From Raja brachyura (lineage: Eukaryota): a DNA stretch of 64,000 nt. A model generated the notes under the pieces. The model ran no database searches. It saw only the letters and a program-made list of their open reading frames with translations, and was not told the DNA's origin. Where the stretch lies: positions 30,380,001-30,444,000 of the forward strand of contig OY740807.1 in NCBI GenBank assembly GCA_963514005.1, in the 5' to 3' direction. Shown one piece after another: positions 33,412 through 47,501 of this stretch. The position numbers and the translations under genes were made by a program. Within the stretch, counting starts at the first letter, position 1, and the number at the start of each line of letters is the position of its first letter.

Positions 33412-34739
33412 ATTCAAACTGCATTGTAAGGCACAAAAGACTCGAGGACTCTGGAGCAACTAATAATCAGCTGGAAGAAGTCAGCGGGTTGAGCAGCATC
33501 CATGAGGAGAAAGGATTAGTCTATTTAATTTTAATTTTATTGTCACGTGTACAGAGGTACAGTGAAAAGCTTTTGTTGCGTGCTAACCAGCCTGCAGAAA
33601 GACAATACATGATTGCCATCGAGCTATCCACAGAGTACAGATGCATGATAAAGGGAATAACATGAATAACGTTTAGTGTAAGATAAAGTCCAGTAAAGTC
33701 CGATCAAAGATAGTCGGAGGATCTCCAATGAGATAGATAGTAGCTCAGGATCTTTCTAGTTGTTGGTAGGATGGTTTAGTTGCTTGATAACAGCTGGGAA
33801 GAATTGTTGACATTGTGGGTCTTGCATCAGGATGGAGAAGGGAGAGGGAGGATAGGCCACATAATTAGGAGAGGGGGTGGGATGGACAGGGGCTAGTAGG
33901 CAATTGGTAGACCGATAGGTGGTGGGGGTGATATGCAGAGGGAGACAGGGAGAGGATGGAAGGTGGTGGAGTTACAGACAGGGGCAGGTGGGTGATAGAT
34001 AGAAGTAGACAAGGAAAAATAAAGCAGTTATAGTAAGATGGCGTGAGTGGTGGGTGAAGAGGGAGGCGGCCTTCATAAGTTTGTAATGTTCCGGGAGTAG
34101 AATTAGGCCATTCGGCCCATCAAGTCCATTCCACAATTCAATCATGGCTGATCTAGCTTTCCATCTCAACCCCATTATCCTGCCTACTCACCAGAACCTT
34201 TTCCTTATTCATTTCTGTGACATCCTTTGGCATGTGCTCCTAAGTCGCACTTGTTCATGGACTGTTCTGACCATGGAGATCAGGGTCATCATCATTGGCA
34301 GATTCTCAGGTTTGGGACCATTTCCGCATGCCGTTGATGATGCTGCCATATCTCACACTTTATTTCTCACTCCTGCATTAGAGAGTTCATCCAAACTCCA
34401 TGCATAGAGAAGGGCATCAGCATCTACATATCCTCATGTCCACAGGAGCGGGCAGAGCCAGCATGCCAATAGTCCATATTGCAGACTTCCTCTCAGTACA
34501 TTGAAGAACAGCGGTCCATGACATTATTCACGACTCTTGCAACTCTCTGTCAGCAGTGCCTGTTGACAACCATGAACGGTTTCCATGGCCGACTCAGCTC
34601 AAAGAACATAGTCGAGAATTTGTCAATGCAGCACCCAGGATTCAATCATTAATCGGGCAAAATCTGCATTAACTAATTCTGTGCGTGTTCCTGATTTTTG
34701 CGACTTTTTCTGGGTTTTGAAACAGCATCGGTAAAACAA

Positions 34740-35087
34740 GGCCTGGATAGAGTGGATGTGGAGAGGATTTTTCCACCAGTGGGAGAGTCTAGGACAAGAG
34801 GCCACAGCCTCTGAATAAAAGGACGTACCTTTAGAAAGGAGATGAGGAGGAATTTCTTTAGTCAGGAGTGGAGAATGTGGGCAATTCATAGCTACAGACG
34901 GCTGTGGATGCCAAGCCAATGGATATTTTAAGGTGGGAAATGATAGATTTTTGCTTAGTACGGGTGTCAGGGGTTATGGGGGGAATGCAGATTTGAGGGG
35001 AAAGATTGATCAGCCATGATTGAATGGAGTAGGCTTGATGGTCCGAATGGCCAGATTCTACTCCTACAACTTATGAACTTATGAACA
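34740..35087 (+). mobile_element. CR1 3' fragment
   Basis: GAGATGAGGAGGAATTTCTTTAG..(CTTATGAA)n tail. Confidence 0.85.
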
Positions 35088-35862
35088 ATGCAGGCAAATG
35101 TCGAATACCTTGCCTCTATATCAGGCACTATATCACCTTGCCCAGGCCCCGTGTAACTCCTGGAGGCTCACTCCCACCCCATTTCATACATTCAGTAGCA
35201 TTATTCGGCAGTTGCTAGAAGAGTGCCGCTTGTATCATGGGATGCCCCTAGTAGAGTTGGCCTCACAAATCATGATCGCCGTGCCAAATACAGACAGTTG
35301 TCAGAACTTGAAATATATTAATGAGCAACATCACACTAAATCCAAAAATGATTTCAGGACTTTAGGACTGAATGCTCCTCGCCTGCTGCTACATTTTATG
35401 TTTACAAATAGTTGCGAGGGATTCAAAATAGTGACTAGGAAAGATGGTAATGTATACCACAGTGTGCAACAGTCGACAGGTGCAGTGTGCAGGGCTGGGA
35501 CGGTACCAGCAGTGATTGGGGATGGGGCAGTTCACAGTAAATCATTATTAACTTCAGTCATTTAATCTCAGTCGGCTGGCACTTCTGACAGATTCAAAGC
35601 TTGCACTCCAACTATCTTGATAGGTTGAGAATGATTGCCTTGGTAAAGGGTAAAGCAGTAATAACAGTAATAATACTGTTGACATAAATCGATGGTCATT
35701 GAAGTAAATGCGTGTGATCATTCCACCGCAGCTTAATCTTACATCTCTGAAGATATGTGACATTGAGATATTTGGCAAAAATGTTTGTTCCTTTACCAAC
35801 AGCCGAACCAAATCTTTTCTTCACAAGTATCATTGGGGAATTAGCAGTTAGTCCTTAGTACT

Positions 35863-36027
35863 TTGTAGGAAGGAACTGCAGATGCTGGTTTAAATCGGAG
35901 ATAGACACAAAAAGCTGCAGTAACTCAACGGAAAAAGAATAGATGACGAAGGGTTTCGACCCAAAACATCACCTATTCCTTTTCTCTGGAGATGCTGCCT
36001 GACCCGCTGAGTTACTCCAGCTTTGGT
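35863..36027. mobile_element. Inverted PLE terminal pair with 12-bp TSD
   Basis: GTCCTTAGTACT at 35851-35862 and 36028-36039. Confidence 0.85.
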
Positions 36028-36879
36028 GTCCTTAGTACTATGGCTGATGCCTACTTATAATGCACAAATATAGCAACAAGGAACATTGTGGTCAGGCTGA
36101 GCTTTGATCAATCAGTTTCTAGGTGATTGCAGGGGCATTGGGTATCCATTCTACTTTTCCTATCTAAGAGAGATGGTGCATACTGGTGACCACGCAGATG
36201 AAAGTACCTCTCACACAAGGACATTTTCCTGCACGACTATCTCCTGCCAGCTAGCTGCCCTGGACCACTTACTTGACTTTGTCTCACTTACAAAACTTAG
36301 AGCAGAACATGAAATGTAAAACTCCTAAATCTTGCCAAAATGAGAAAGCTCGTTATTTCCACTGAAAGTTTATAAGGAGATAATTAGAAAACGTTCATAC
36401 ACCTTATATGTATGAGTCCTTTGTTTAGCTTTAGCCATGGGCTTGTGCTGGGATATTAAATTTGACTGCTTTTGGAGCGCATACAGTATTAAAGATAAAT
36501 ATATTGTTAAATTAAAAACAGAACAAGCTGATACCCTCTGATGAAGGGACTTTGACCTGAAACATTAAATTGGTTTCTCTTCTCACAGATACAGCCTGCC
36601 CTGCTGAGTTTTTACAGCAACTTTGGTTTTTATTTTAGATTATTTTAGATTTTACCTAAACATATTAAACACATAACCACTAGCGTGGACATCATACATG
36701 ACTTTGTAGAGGGTGCGGAGGGATTGTGGTGGTGCCGGTATACTTACTGACTGCCTCACCCACACTTACCCTTGGCTCCAACGTGTAAAATGTCTGTGGA
36801 CTCCTTGCCTCACCTCTCCATGAGAGATGTGTAGTCTCTCAGCTTTCCCTTCTGACATTCAACAAGACTCCGACCCATT

Positions 36880-37452
36880 GATACCTCACGCTGCCTCCGC
36901 AAGGTCAGCAGCATAATCAAGGATGAGTCGCACCCTAGCCACTCCCTCTTCTCCCCTCTCTCATCAGGCAAAAGGTATAGTAGTGGTGAAAACCCACACC
37001 ACCACATTCAGGGACAGTCACTTTCCAGCTATATTTCAGGCAACAGAATCATCCTACCACAACCAGGGAGCAGTCCTGAACTTCGATCTACCTCTTTGAT
37101 GTACCCCGGACTATCCTTAATCGGATTTTGCTGGCTTTACCTTGCACTAACCATTATTCCCTTATCATGTATCTATACACTCTAAAGGGATCGATTGTAA
37201 TCATGTGTTGTCATTCTGCTGAATGGTTAGCACGCAACAAAAAGCTTTTCACTGTACCTTGTTAGATGGAGCTCTAGGGGCTAGCGGAGTCAAGGGATAT
37301 GGGGAGAAGGCAGGCACGGGTTATTGGTAGGGGACGATCAGCCATGATCACAATGAATGGCGGTGCTGGCTCGAAGGGCCGAATGGCCTCCTCCTGCACC
37401 TATTTTCTATGTTTGTTACACGTGAAAATGAACTACACTGAACTGAACTGAG
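36880..37452 (+). mobile_element. Rex1/Babar LINE 3' end with a CR1 tail (about 37261-37414) nested in its UTR
   Basis: SRCLRKVSSIIKDESHPSHSLFSPLSSGKRY; UTR resumes ACACGTG..(CTGAA)n; TTGTTA repeated at the CR1 junctions. Confidence 0.8.
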
Positions 37453-38016
37453 ATGGGTCTATTTGGATCCTCCTAAAAAATGCTAAATATCCCTAAAGTT
37501 GTAATTGATTTTGAAAGTTTACAATGGACATTCAAACCAAAGGATTCTCTGAGTGACTCCCTTTAGATTGATGCATTGTTTATCCGAATGCTCCTTCACA
37601 AAGCCTTCACTAAGTATCTTTGCTAACTCTCAAGAACAGTGATGACATTTCAGAAGTAATTGAGATGTACAACATCTCACGTCATCCCAAGGGTACATTA
37701 AGATTCTCTTTCAATTTTTTTAAATCCGTTCTTGGATATACTCTTTGTTGTCAGGGCCAGAATTTACTTTCCATGCTAATTATTTTTGAATAAAATGGCT
37801 TGCTTGGTTATTTAAGAATGGTCAATTGCAATGCCGTATAACTCAAATCAAATTTAGGCTACAGCATGTCGATGTGCGAGAGTTTCTTCCCTAATAGTTT
37901 TTGCAATAATCTGATAGATCGCTGATGCCATTTTATTTTCAATTCTAGATTTATTTTCTTAAATAGATGAGGTTAAATTCCCTACCTGTCATCATTTGTG
38001 TAAATCGCTGGAATTC

Positions 38017-38285
38017 AACAGGCCCTTTGGCCCTACGGGTCCGTGCCAGCCAGCATTCACCCATACACTAGTTCTATTCTGCATACCAGGGATGATTTCC
38101 AGAAGCCAATGAACCTACAAACCTGCACATCTTTATAATGTGGGAGAAAATGGGAGCATCGGGGCAAATCCCAAATGGTCACAGGGAGAACGTACAAACT
38201 CCATGCAGACAGCACCCGTAGTCAGGATCGAACCTGGGTCTCTGGCGCTGTAAAGCAGCAACTCGACCACTGCGCCACCGTGCCA
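38017..38285 (-). mobile_element. V-SINE (an older plus-strand copy follows at about 38455-38760)
   Basis: V-domain and head. Confidence 0.85.
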
Positions 38286-39297
38286 CTCCCATGCTATGAA
38301 CCATTTCTATAGGGCTCAGCGCCTAATCTTTTTTTTTATATCACACGTATTAATGACTTGACTCCTAACGAATGAATCACTAATTCAGTGATGTGCATTG
38401 TGCTGCTGTACCCCTAATACAAACTACACTCTCATTGGGGCCATACCTCACTGAGGTGACACAGTGGTACAGCAGTGTTGCAGATTTACAGCTCCAGAGA
38501 CCATGGCTTGATCCAGATCTAAGGTGCTGCCTATATGTATACTTGCCACGGGTTCCCTTGTTATTGCCTGGGTTTTCACTGTGTACTCCAGTTTCTGCCT
38601 ACACCATAAGCATGCGCTGGTTAGTAGGTTAATTGGCCACCTTAAATTTTTCCTGATATAGGTAGTGACTGCAGAATTGAGTGGGGAGGGAGTTGATGGG
38701 GGTCCGAGTGGAAAGATAGGACTAGTGTAGAAGGGTGATTAATGCTCGGCATGGGCATGGAGGGATGTGCTGAATGACTCCAAGACTCTCATCTGTATCC
38801 ATTGGGTAGCATTGAAATTGAACATAAAAGTGTTGTGAGCATTATCTGAAAATGGTGCACAAAGAATAACAGTGTGTCTTGGACTCTGGTGATCAATAAG
38901 ACAGAGTGATTATCTCCATAACCATTGGAAACTGTTGAAAAAATAGAGCGAGGAGAAGCGACCATTTGTGAGAATGAATCCTCTGTTAAATCAGGTACCA
39001 AAACAGAACTAGTGAGAGGCCAGGAGGAGGTGTCGTTAAGAGGAAAGAAAAGAAAATTCAACATTTTTTAAATATCCTAACGTAATTTGCAGCTTGAAGG
39101 AATGAAACACGTAATTGTTTAATTTCTGTGGAAGAGGCTGATTGGCAGTCTTTAACCAGTATTCTGACGTTAAAAGGGTGCTTGTGCCGATAATTACTAA
39201 ATACATTTCTGCAGAGAGTTTAATGTACAATTAATGCCTGGATGGGAGTGCAGTTTGGACTAATTGTGAGTGAGGCATTTCCTCCACCTGCCCTTCT

Positions 39298-39570
39298 TTT
39301 TTAAAATTTTTAATTTTTATTTTATTAGTTAGAAGCCATTACATAATAAAAAAGGTGTGTGTTCATTGTTGACATCATAAAAATCATTTTGTTCTTTGTA
39401 GATATACATAATCAGTATTATTTATATTAATGATTGCATAATAATTGTGCTTCTATATTATTTTTTTCCATTTTTTTATAAAGATAGAAAATAGAAGAAA
39501 AAGATTAAACAAAAAAATATATAAGTTGGGAAAGAATGGAATATTCTACAGATTTTACATCGTTGGAGAT
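39298..39570 (-). mobile_element. L1-type 3' UTR / poly(A) retroposed insertion with 16-bp TSD
   Basis: CTCCACCTGCCCTTCT at 39282-39297 and 39571-39586; T-rich start similar to the L1 tail at 49285. Confidence 0.75.
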
Positions 39571-39828
39571 CTCCACCTGCCCTTCTAAATGGTTATTATT
39601 GAAAGCATATGATGATAACAGGAGAATATCCTATCGGAATATTCACCATTATTACGGTGCTCGGAGTATTGTACGTGATATGACCACAAAAAGAGGATGT
39701 TCGGTCTTGCTAGTGGTCAGCTGATCCTGGGGGGAAAAGCTGGGCTCACTACTTGAAGAGGTTTGCCTACTTCGAGTGGTAAGAAGACATATAGTTTGCT
39801 TGCCTCTTCGGTCAAGTGAGTGTAAGAG

Positions 39829-40505
39829 TCATTGAGTGTAAGAGTCAGGATGCCATGATGCAGCTTCATAAAACTTTGGTGTATGAAGGAACTGCAGATG
39901 TTGGTCTAAAACGTTGGTTAGGCCACATTTGCAACATTGTGTGCAGTTCTGGTCACCCCATTCCAGGTAAGATGTGGAGGATTTAGAAAGGGTGCCAAGG
40001 AGGTTCACCAGAATGTTGCCTGCATTGGGAGAGGTGTTAGCTGCAGGAAGAGGTTGGACAGACTTGGATTGTTTTCTCTGGAAGGCCAGAGTTGACGTGG
40101 AGATGTTATAGAAGTATATAAAATTATGAGAAGCATAGACAAAGGATAGACATCCCTTTCCTAGGATGGAAAAAATAAATAATAGAGGGACAACGTTTAT
40201 CGGAGATGCGTGGGGCAACATTTTTGACATTGCGGGTGGTGATTGCCTGGAACGCGCTGCCAGGGTTGGTGGTTGAGGCTGATACAAAGTGGCATTTAAG
40301 AGGCTTTTAGATAGGCACATGGACATGCAGGGTTCATATAGGAGCAGAATTGGCCCATTCGGCCCATCAAATCCTTACTCCATCAATCGTGGTTGATTTA
40401 TCTTTCCCCCTGGACCCCATTCTCCTGCCTTCTCCCCATAACTCCTGACACTCATACAAATCAAGAATCAGCCAATCTCTGACTTAAAATTATCCATTGA
40501 CTTGG
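39829..40505. mobile_element. CR1 fragments (plus about 39829-40330, minus about 40335-40505)
   Basis: TLVRPHLQHCVQFWSP..LERVPRRFTRML motif. Confidence 0.85.
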
Positions 40506-40820
40506 AGATAGACACAAAAAGCTGGAGTAACTCAGCAGGACAGGCAGCATCTCTGGAGAGAAGGAATGGGTGACATTTGGGATCGAGACCCTTCTTCAGA
40601 CTGGTTAGGGATAAGGGAAACGAGAGATATAGACGGTGATGTGGAGAGATAAAGACCAATGAATGAAAGATATGCAAAAAAGTAACGATGATAAAGGAAA
40701 GAGGCCATTGTAAGCTGTTTGTTGGGTGAAAATGAGAAGCTAGTGCGACTTGGGTGGCAGAGGGATAGAGAGAGAGGGAATGCCGGGGCTACCTGAAGTG
40801 AGAGAAATCAATATTCATTC
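40506..40820 (-). mobile_element. PLE 3' terminus and UTR with hammerhead motif
   Basis: GGGTGACATTTGGGATCGAGACCCTTCTTCAGAC; UTR homologous to 44290-44600. Confidence 0.85.
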
Positions 40821-41287
40821 TGTTAATCCTGGCTAAAACAGAGCCGCCATAGCACTAACATTTAGTAAGAACCCGTGTATTGTTACGTCATTTTGGTCAA
40901 ATCTGATGTGCTCTGCAGAAATAAGACAAGCTTCTGAATGGTGCCAGTCGTCTGAGTAACTGTCAATAATGTATTGTTGTAATTAATGTGTTTGATTGGA
41001 TTGTAAATAGACCACATTCTGTAGTTCGGCCCCTCAAGGTTCGGGGACCTTTGAAAGGCAGCCGCCACATGGTCCTTTGTCGATCTTCTGGAAGAGCGCT
41101 TGGGACTGCATGACCTTTTGGAGTGTTTCTGCTTGCACGAGGCTGAAGGACTTGGCCAGGTAGATACAAGGATCGAACCCGCAGTTGTTTAGGTATCGTA
41201 TAGGGGAATTTGTTGTTCTATCCAAAAATAAAGTGTAGTTGTTTTATTGACTGAACTAGACTGAGGGGGAAGCATAGAAGAGCTTAT

Positions 41288-41542
41288 TTACAATTTGCAT
41301 TTAGCCTCACTCTGACAATGGAGCAGACCGAGGACAGGAAGGTCTATGTAGGAATGGGAAGGAGAATTAAAATGTCCAGCAACCGGGAGATCAGGTAGGT
41401 TCAGGCAGGCTGAGCGAAGGTGTTCCGTGAAATGATCGGCCAGTCTGCGTTTGGTCTCGCTGATGTATAAAAGTCCACATTTTGAACAATGGATACAGTA
41501 GATGAGGTTGGAGGAGGTGCAAGCGAACCTCTGCCTAACCTT
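41288..41542 (-). mobile_element. PLE GIY-YIG fragment
   Basis: VRQRFACTSSNLIYCIHCSKCGLLYISETKRRLADHFTEHLRS. Confidence 0.9.
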
Positions 41543-41600
41543 ACAGCCGTCTGTGGCAAAGAATTCCACAGATTCACCACCCTCTGACTAAAGTTCCCAG

Positions 41601-41890
41601 AGTTGCTGCCTCACAGCGCTTGCAGCGCCGGAGACCCGGGCTTGATCCCGACTACGGGCGCTGTCTATATGGAGTTTGTACGTTCTCCCCGTGACCGTGT
41701 GGGTTTTCTCCGAGATCTTCGATTTCCTCTCACACTCCAAGGACATACAGGCTTGTGGGCAAATTGGCTTAGTATAAGTTTAAATTTTCCCTAGTGTGCG
41801 TAGGATGGTGTTAGTGTGCGGGGATCACTGGTCAGTGCGGAATTGGTGGGCTGAAGGGCCTGTTTCTGTGCTGTATCTCTAAACTAAACG
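41601..41890 (+). mobile_element. V-SINE
   Basis: Head (5' clipped), V-domain and tail. Confidence 0.85.
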
Positions 41891-42374
41891 AAAAACTATA
41901 TAAGTGGGTGTGCTTTTTTGATTGATTGAAACATACTGAATGGAAATAGACCGTTTGGCCCACTGTCCATACTGACCATTGACGACACTAACTCTATGTT
42001 ATCCCCTTTCGCATCCACTCCCTACGCACTGGGGGCAATTTAGAGAGGCCAATTAACCTACAAACCCGCACGTCTTTGGGATGTGGGGGGAAACCAGATC
42101 ACTCTGACACAGGGAGCATAGTGGTAGAGTGGTATTGGTATGTGACGCATTCCACTATCAAATAATTTGTCATTATGTACACTTATTTTGTTGATATTAA
42201 GGAAAAAAGCTACGTAACGTGCCTTAAAGTTGAAAATGGAAATATTCACAATTCACAATTTTTCGCTTATTAACCAAGAACTTCACAAAATGAGGTAAGA
42301 AATGGAGGCAGACAAAAGATTGAGAATGTACATCACTGCTGCTTATTTCTCCATTCTTGGTGCAAGAGCTGACA

Positions 42375-42826
42375 ATAGACACAAAATGCTGGAGTAACTC
42401 AGCGGGACAGGCAGCACCTCTGGAGAGACGGAACGGGTAACGTTTTGGGTCGAGACCCTTCTTCAGACTGAGCGTCTGGGGAGAGGGAGTTACAGAGATA
42501 AGGAAGTGAAAGAGGTCGAAAAAGATGAAGCTCAAGGAAAATGTACCTTTGTTATCTGGGAGGTGACAATAAAGTAAACGGAGATAAAATGTAACCAGGA
42601 GGACAGCCAGACTGGTCGGAGAACTGGGAAAGGGGGGGGTTGGAGAGAGAGGGAAAGCAAGGGTTACTTGAAGTTATAGAAGTCAATATTCATACCGCTA
42701 AGGTGTAAGCTGCCCAAGCGAAATATGAGGTGCTGTTCCTCCAATTTGCGCTGGGCCTCACTTTGACAATGGAGGAGGCCCAGGACAGAATGGTCAGCGT
42801 GGGAATGGGAGGGGGAGTTAAAATGA
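42375..42826 (-). mobile_element. PLE ORF end, UTR and terminal module
   Basis: HFNSPSHSH..CQSEAQRKLEEQHLIFRLGSLHLSGMNIDF then the hammerhead module at about 42436-42470. Confidence 0.9.
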
Positions 42827-43459
42827 ATGACAAGCGCGCTTGTTTTATGTCTCAAAGTCAGATTATAATTTCATGTAATCTTTAATTTGAATTCTCGCCT
42901 CCTGGGTTTCACAAAAACTTTATTTTGATGATAGCATAAAGCATCTCTGAAGGTCAATTCTTTCAAATATCAGGCCAGATCAAGCTCTGATTTAGCTAAT
43001 GGTTCTGTGGAGAATTACTACCCATCCATCTTCTGCTGGCCTTTGAGGTCTGTGCACTGTAAGTCTGGAACGTGTTGGGGATCTGTAGCCAGTATATATG
43101 ATCTTCTGCTCTTCCACTGCAATCAATATTGAATTCCATACTGGTTGTAAATCACGCTTGAGCGAGGGACAGGATGCACTTCACATATGACACAAGCTTT
43201 ATCACAGCCATTTTTTGAATAAGATCAGTGAACTTCATTTGAGGTTCAAGTTTAGTGTTTGGTCTACTTTTCTCTTTATCTTTAAAAGTTAATTTACATC
43301 TGTTTAATATATTTTTTTCTGCCTTATGATATCTCTTTTTTTAAGCATTAAAAAAAAAGTTATTTGAATCAAATTAAACTGCTTTTAAATGTATCTGACC
43401 ATCAGAGGTGTCAAAGGCCACCAGAGCATCCTTGGTACAGGGCCACGACTGCCAAAGCC

Positions 43460-44850
43460 TGAGGCCATGTCACCAATTGTGTGGAAGGCTGTCAAAGTGT
43501 ACAACGGGATGTAGATCAGCTGCAGAAATGGGTGGAGAAATGGCAGATGGAGCTTGATCTGAGCAAATGTGTTTTTGAGAGTTTCGAATGTAAGAGGAAA
43601 ACATGCAGTCGATCTCAAGATTCATAACAAGACTGATGTACTGGGTCATAGGTTATGGGGAGGAGGCAGGAGGGTGGGGTTGAGAGGGAGAAATGGTTCA
43701 GCCATGATCGAATGCTGGAGCTGACTCAATGGACCGAATGGACAAATTCTGTTCCAAAGTCTCATGATCTTATGATCTACATTGGCAACCCAAATATATA
43801 GAGTGGTTAAGAAGAAATGGGTTTGCTTGCTTTCATGGGTCAGGGCATTGAGTCAGGAAGTGATGGTGCAACTTTCTAGGATTTTGGTTAGGCCGCACTT
43901 GACGTATTCCACGCAGTCCCGGTCACCCCATTAGAGGAAGAATGTGGAGACTTTGTAGACGGTGCAGAAGAGGGTTACAAAATGATGCCTGGATCAGATG
44001 GTATTAACTAAGAGTTTAGATAGACTTGGATTATTTTCTTTGGAACACTGGAGGTTGAGGCATCAGGTATATAAAAAATAAGATTGGGTAGACAGTTAGA
44101 ACCTTTCTCTCAGGATAGAATGTCAAAGGTTGGAAGACATAGCTTTAGATGAAAGAAACACAGTTTAAAGTTTCCTAGGACTCCTCCAATGTCAGAGTGA
44201 GGCTAAACACAAATTGGATGAACAGCATCTCATGTTTTGCTTGGGCAGCTTACAGCCCAATGGTATGAATATTGATTTCTCTAACTTCAAGTAACCCCGG
44301 CATTCCCTCTCTCCCTCTGTTCCCGCCCCACCAAAGTAGCACCAGCTTCTCGATTTCACCCAACACTCAGCCTGTTTCCTTTCATATCATTACTTTTTTG
44401 CGTATCTTTCACTTATTGTTCTTTATCTCTCTACAACGTCTATAAGTCTAGTTTTCCTTACCCCTAACCAGTCTGAAGAAGGTTCTCAACCCGAAACGTC
44501 ACCCATTCCTTCTCCCCAGAGATGCTGCCTGTCCCGCGGAGTTACTCCAGCTTTTTCTGTCTATCTTTGGCTTAAACCAGCGTCTGCAGTTCCTTCCTAC
44601 ACGGTTTAAAGGAGATGTGTGGGCCAGGGCTTTTTATATAGAGGATGGTGGGTGCTGGAATGCACTGCCATGGGTGGTGGTGGAGGCAGATAAGATAGTG
44701 GCTTTTAAGAAGCTTTGACGTAGTCACATGGATATGCAGGAAATGGATGAATATGGATCATGTGCAGGAAGACGAGGTGAGTTTCTCTGGGCATTGTGTT
44801 CGGCACAGATATCATAGGCTTCCGTGCTGCAGTGTTCTACGGTCTGTTCT
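43460..44850 (+). mobile_element. CR1 ORF2/3' fragments hosting a PLE insertion
   Basis: WVEKWQMELDLSKC and LVRPHL..SWSP motifs; resumes GGAGATGTG after 44611. Confidence 0.75.
44171..44603 (+). mobile_element. 5'-truncated PLE (ORF end, UTR, hammerhead module) with 8-bp TSD
   Basis: GTTTAAAG at 44163-44170 and 44604-44611; CQSEAKHKLDEQHLMFCLGSLQPNGMNIDF. Confidence 0.85.
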
Positions 44851-45279
44851 AATTGTAGCTCCCTCTGCCTTTAGTATAATTGATCCCGCAGGGATGAATT
44901 CCATGGGTGAACTGGGTTGAGCACCTTCTAACGCATAGTATGCAATTAAGTGCTGAATCTTCTCGCACTGTTAAGGAAAATTATATTACTAATTATTATC
45001 TTCCCTATGCTAAAGTGCTTTCGAAAAGACGAGTTTTGGTTAGTTTAACTAGTATTCTTTTCTGGGTAATTGAACGAGATATGCAGATGTAATAATTTTT
45101 TTTAACATTCATTAAATTGAACGTCATTAAAACATCTTTAAAAAAATCCCAATTTGTTCTGAGCCATTTCAACCAAGGAGATTTGAGGAGCGATTAATTG
45201 ATCTGGATTGAGTTGTTTAGTTGGGATGGGTCAGGGCACGACACAACAATTAGCCCCAGTATTTTGTAGATGAGGAGGA

Positions 45280-45505
45280 GTAAGTAAGTAAATTGTATTT
45301 ATATAGCACGTTTAAATCGACTCGCGTTGAAACCAACGTGTTTTACAGAGAAGAAATAATTAAGTTTCCGTACGTCGATAGAAAAATTAAAAATAAGAAA
45401 AATGACACAGCACATTATAGAATTCAACATGAACGTTCCCCCACAACCGAATCAAAATTTTCCACTGTGAGGAAAGGCATCAGAAAGTTCAGTCCTCTTT
45501 CACAG
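45280..45505 (-). mobile_element. LINE (L2-like) 3' UTR fragment with (TTAC)n tail
   Basis: GTAAGTAAGTAAATTGTATTTATATAGCAC is typical of a reversed L2-type terminus. Confidence 0.45.
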
Positions 45506-45640
45506 GAGGGATGTTGGGCACTGTTAACTCTGGTACAAAATGCACTGGTTCCATATGATGCATGAAACCTCAAATGGTGCCCACAAGGCATTGCCGCCGT
45601 ATCTATCACTGCTTATTTAATCTTGCTGTTAGTGAAACTA

Positions 45641-45957
45641 GGGCGGCTTGGTGGAGCAGCAGTCGAGTAGCCTCCTTCCATTGGCAGAGACGCACGTCCG
45701 ATCCTGACTATGGGTGCTGTCCGATCAAAGTTAGTACGTTCTCCCTGTGACCAGTTGGGTTTTCTCCTGGAGCTCCGGTTTCCTCCCACACTCCAAAGAC
45801 GTTCAGGTTTGTAGGCTAATTGGCGTCAGTAAAGATTGTAAATTGTCCCTCGTGTGTAGGATAGTGCTTTTGTATGGGGATCACTGGTCAGCAAGGACTC
45901 GATGGGCCAAAGGTCCTGTTTCCACCCTGCATCGCTAAACTAAACTAAACTAAACTA
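45641..45957 (+). mobile_element. V-SINE
   Basis: Head, V-domain and (CTAAA)n tail. Confidence 0.85.
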
Positions 45958-46227
45958 CATAACTATTGAAATGGTGAGACATACGGCAATTTTACAACAT
46001 ATGTAAGGTAATGTGAAAAAAACAAAAATCAAAAATGCAGCAAATGCTTATGTCTGTGGTGTGAGGAACTGCATGAAATACTAACTACACTTCACGTTCC
46101 ACTGGGTCGCTGAGCATTTCCAAGACGCTCTCCTTTTATTTTGGCAGGATGAGAAATAAGTGACAGAATAAGCAGCTAACTACATATAAATGTCAAGAGA
46201 TGATCAGGAACAGAGAACTCTGAAATG

Positions 46228-46968
46228 TGGTCTGAAGACGTGTTTCAAACCAAAATGTCACCCATTCCTTCTATCCACAGAAGCTGGATGTCCCACTGAG
46301 TTACTCCAGCATTTTGTGTCTGTCTTCAATGTAAACCAGCATCTGCAGTTCCGACCTACACATGTCTGAAGGTGACAGATTAAGTTGGGAAGGTAAATAC
46401 ATTTTTAGGTAACTAACCTACAAACAACCCATCCATTCTGTGGAGAGAAGGAATTGGAAACGCTTTGGGTCGAAATCCTTCTTCAGACTTCTCGACCTGA
46501 AACGTCGCCAATTTCTTCTCTCCATAGATGCTGCCTCACCCATTGAGTTACTCCAGAATTTTGTGTCTACTTTCGAATTAATCAGCATCTGCAGTTCTTT
46601 CTTTAGCAACCCATCCATTATTTCCCTTCCCACCCACTTCCCTGTGCCCCACCTGGATTCACACCCATTTCTCTCCTTCCCCCTACCCCCACCATCCTTT
46701 TCTTCTGACTTCCCAATTCACATTTTTTCCGTCATTATCTCATACCTTTTCTGTTTTAATCTCTGGCCTTTGTGCAACCATCTGCCTGTCAAACCTACCC
46801 GTCACCTGTATCCACTTGTCACTTGACAGGCATTGTCCTGCCCCCACCTCTCTTCCAGCTCCCCCCCCGCCCCCCCCCCCACCACCACAATCACTAAACG
46901 TCACCGATCCATGTTCTCCAGAGATGCTGCCTGATCCGCTGAGTTACTCCAACGCATTGTGTCTTTTT
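46228..46968 (+). mobile_element. Cluster of PLE termini; 46438-46606 is an inverted-5' module with 13-bp TSD nested in another PLE UTR
   Basis: CAACCCATCCATT at 46425-46437 and 46607-46619. Confidence 0.8.
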
Positions 46969-47207
46969 AAAGTGAATAAGATCCCTGGCTTTATAAAGGT
47001 CAAAGTCAAGAAATAACACAAAACAATGGCTGGTTCTCAGTTCCAAGTTTGTGGAACTAGGAATTGGAGATGGTGCACCATGATAAATTATCTGTGGAAT
47101 TTCATAAAAGCGTTATCAAACAAAAATTTGCCGCCTCAGGACATATTAGCACAAAGAGCCTAAAGTGTAGTTTTCATTGAGTGTCTAACAAATGGAAAAA
47201 AAACTGA

Positions 47208-47501
47208 TTCAGTTTAGTCTAGTTTTTTAGTTCAGTTTAATTTCGAGATACAGTGTTAAAACAGGCCCTTCGGTCCACCGAGCCCGTGCAAACAGCGATC
47301 CCCGCACACTAATATCATCCTACAGACAATTTACAATTTTACCAAGCGTACATTATTAGCGTACAAACCTGTATGTCTTTGGAGTGTGGAAGGAAACCAG
47401 CGCAACCAGATAAAAAGCTAATCAGGTCACGGGGAGAAGGTACAAGCTCTGTTCGGGCAGCACCTGTAGTCAGGATTGAACCAGGGTCACTGGTGCTGTA
47501 A
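47208..47501 (-). mobile_element. V-SINE truncated by a MITE
   Basis: Head stops at CTGTAA where the MITE begins. Confidence 0.8.

Noticed and set aside
40880-41225. Coding-looking unique stretch with short ORFs on both strands
   Set aside because: No recognisable domain and weak splice signals; cannot be supported without BLAST or RNA-seq
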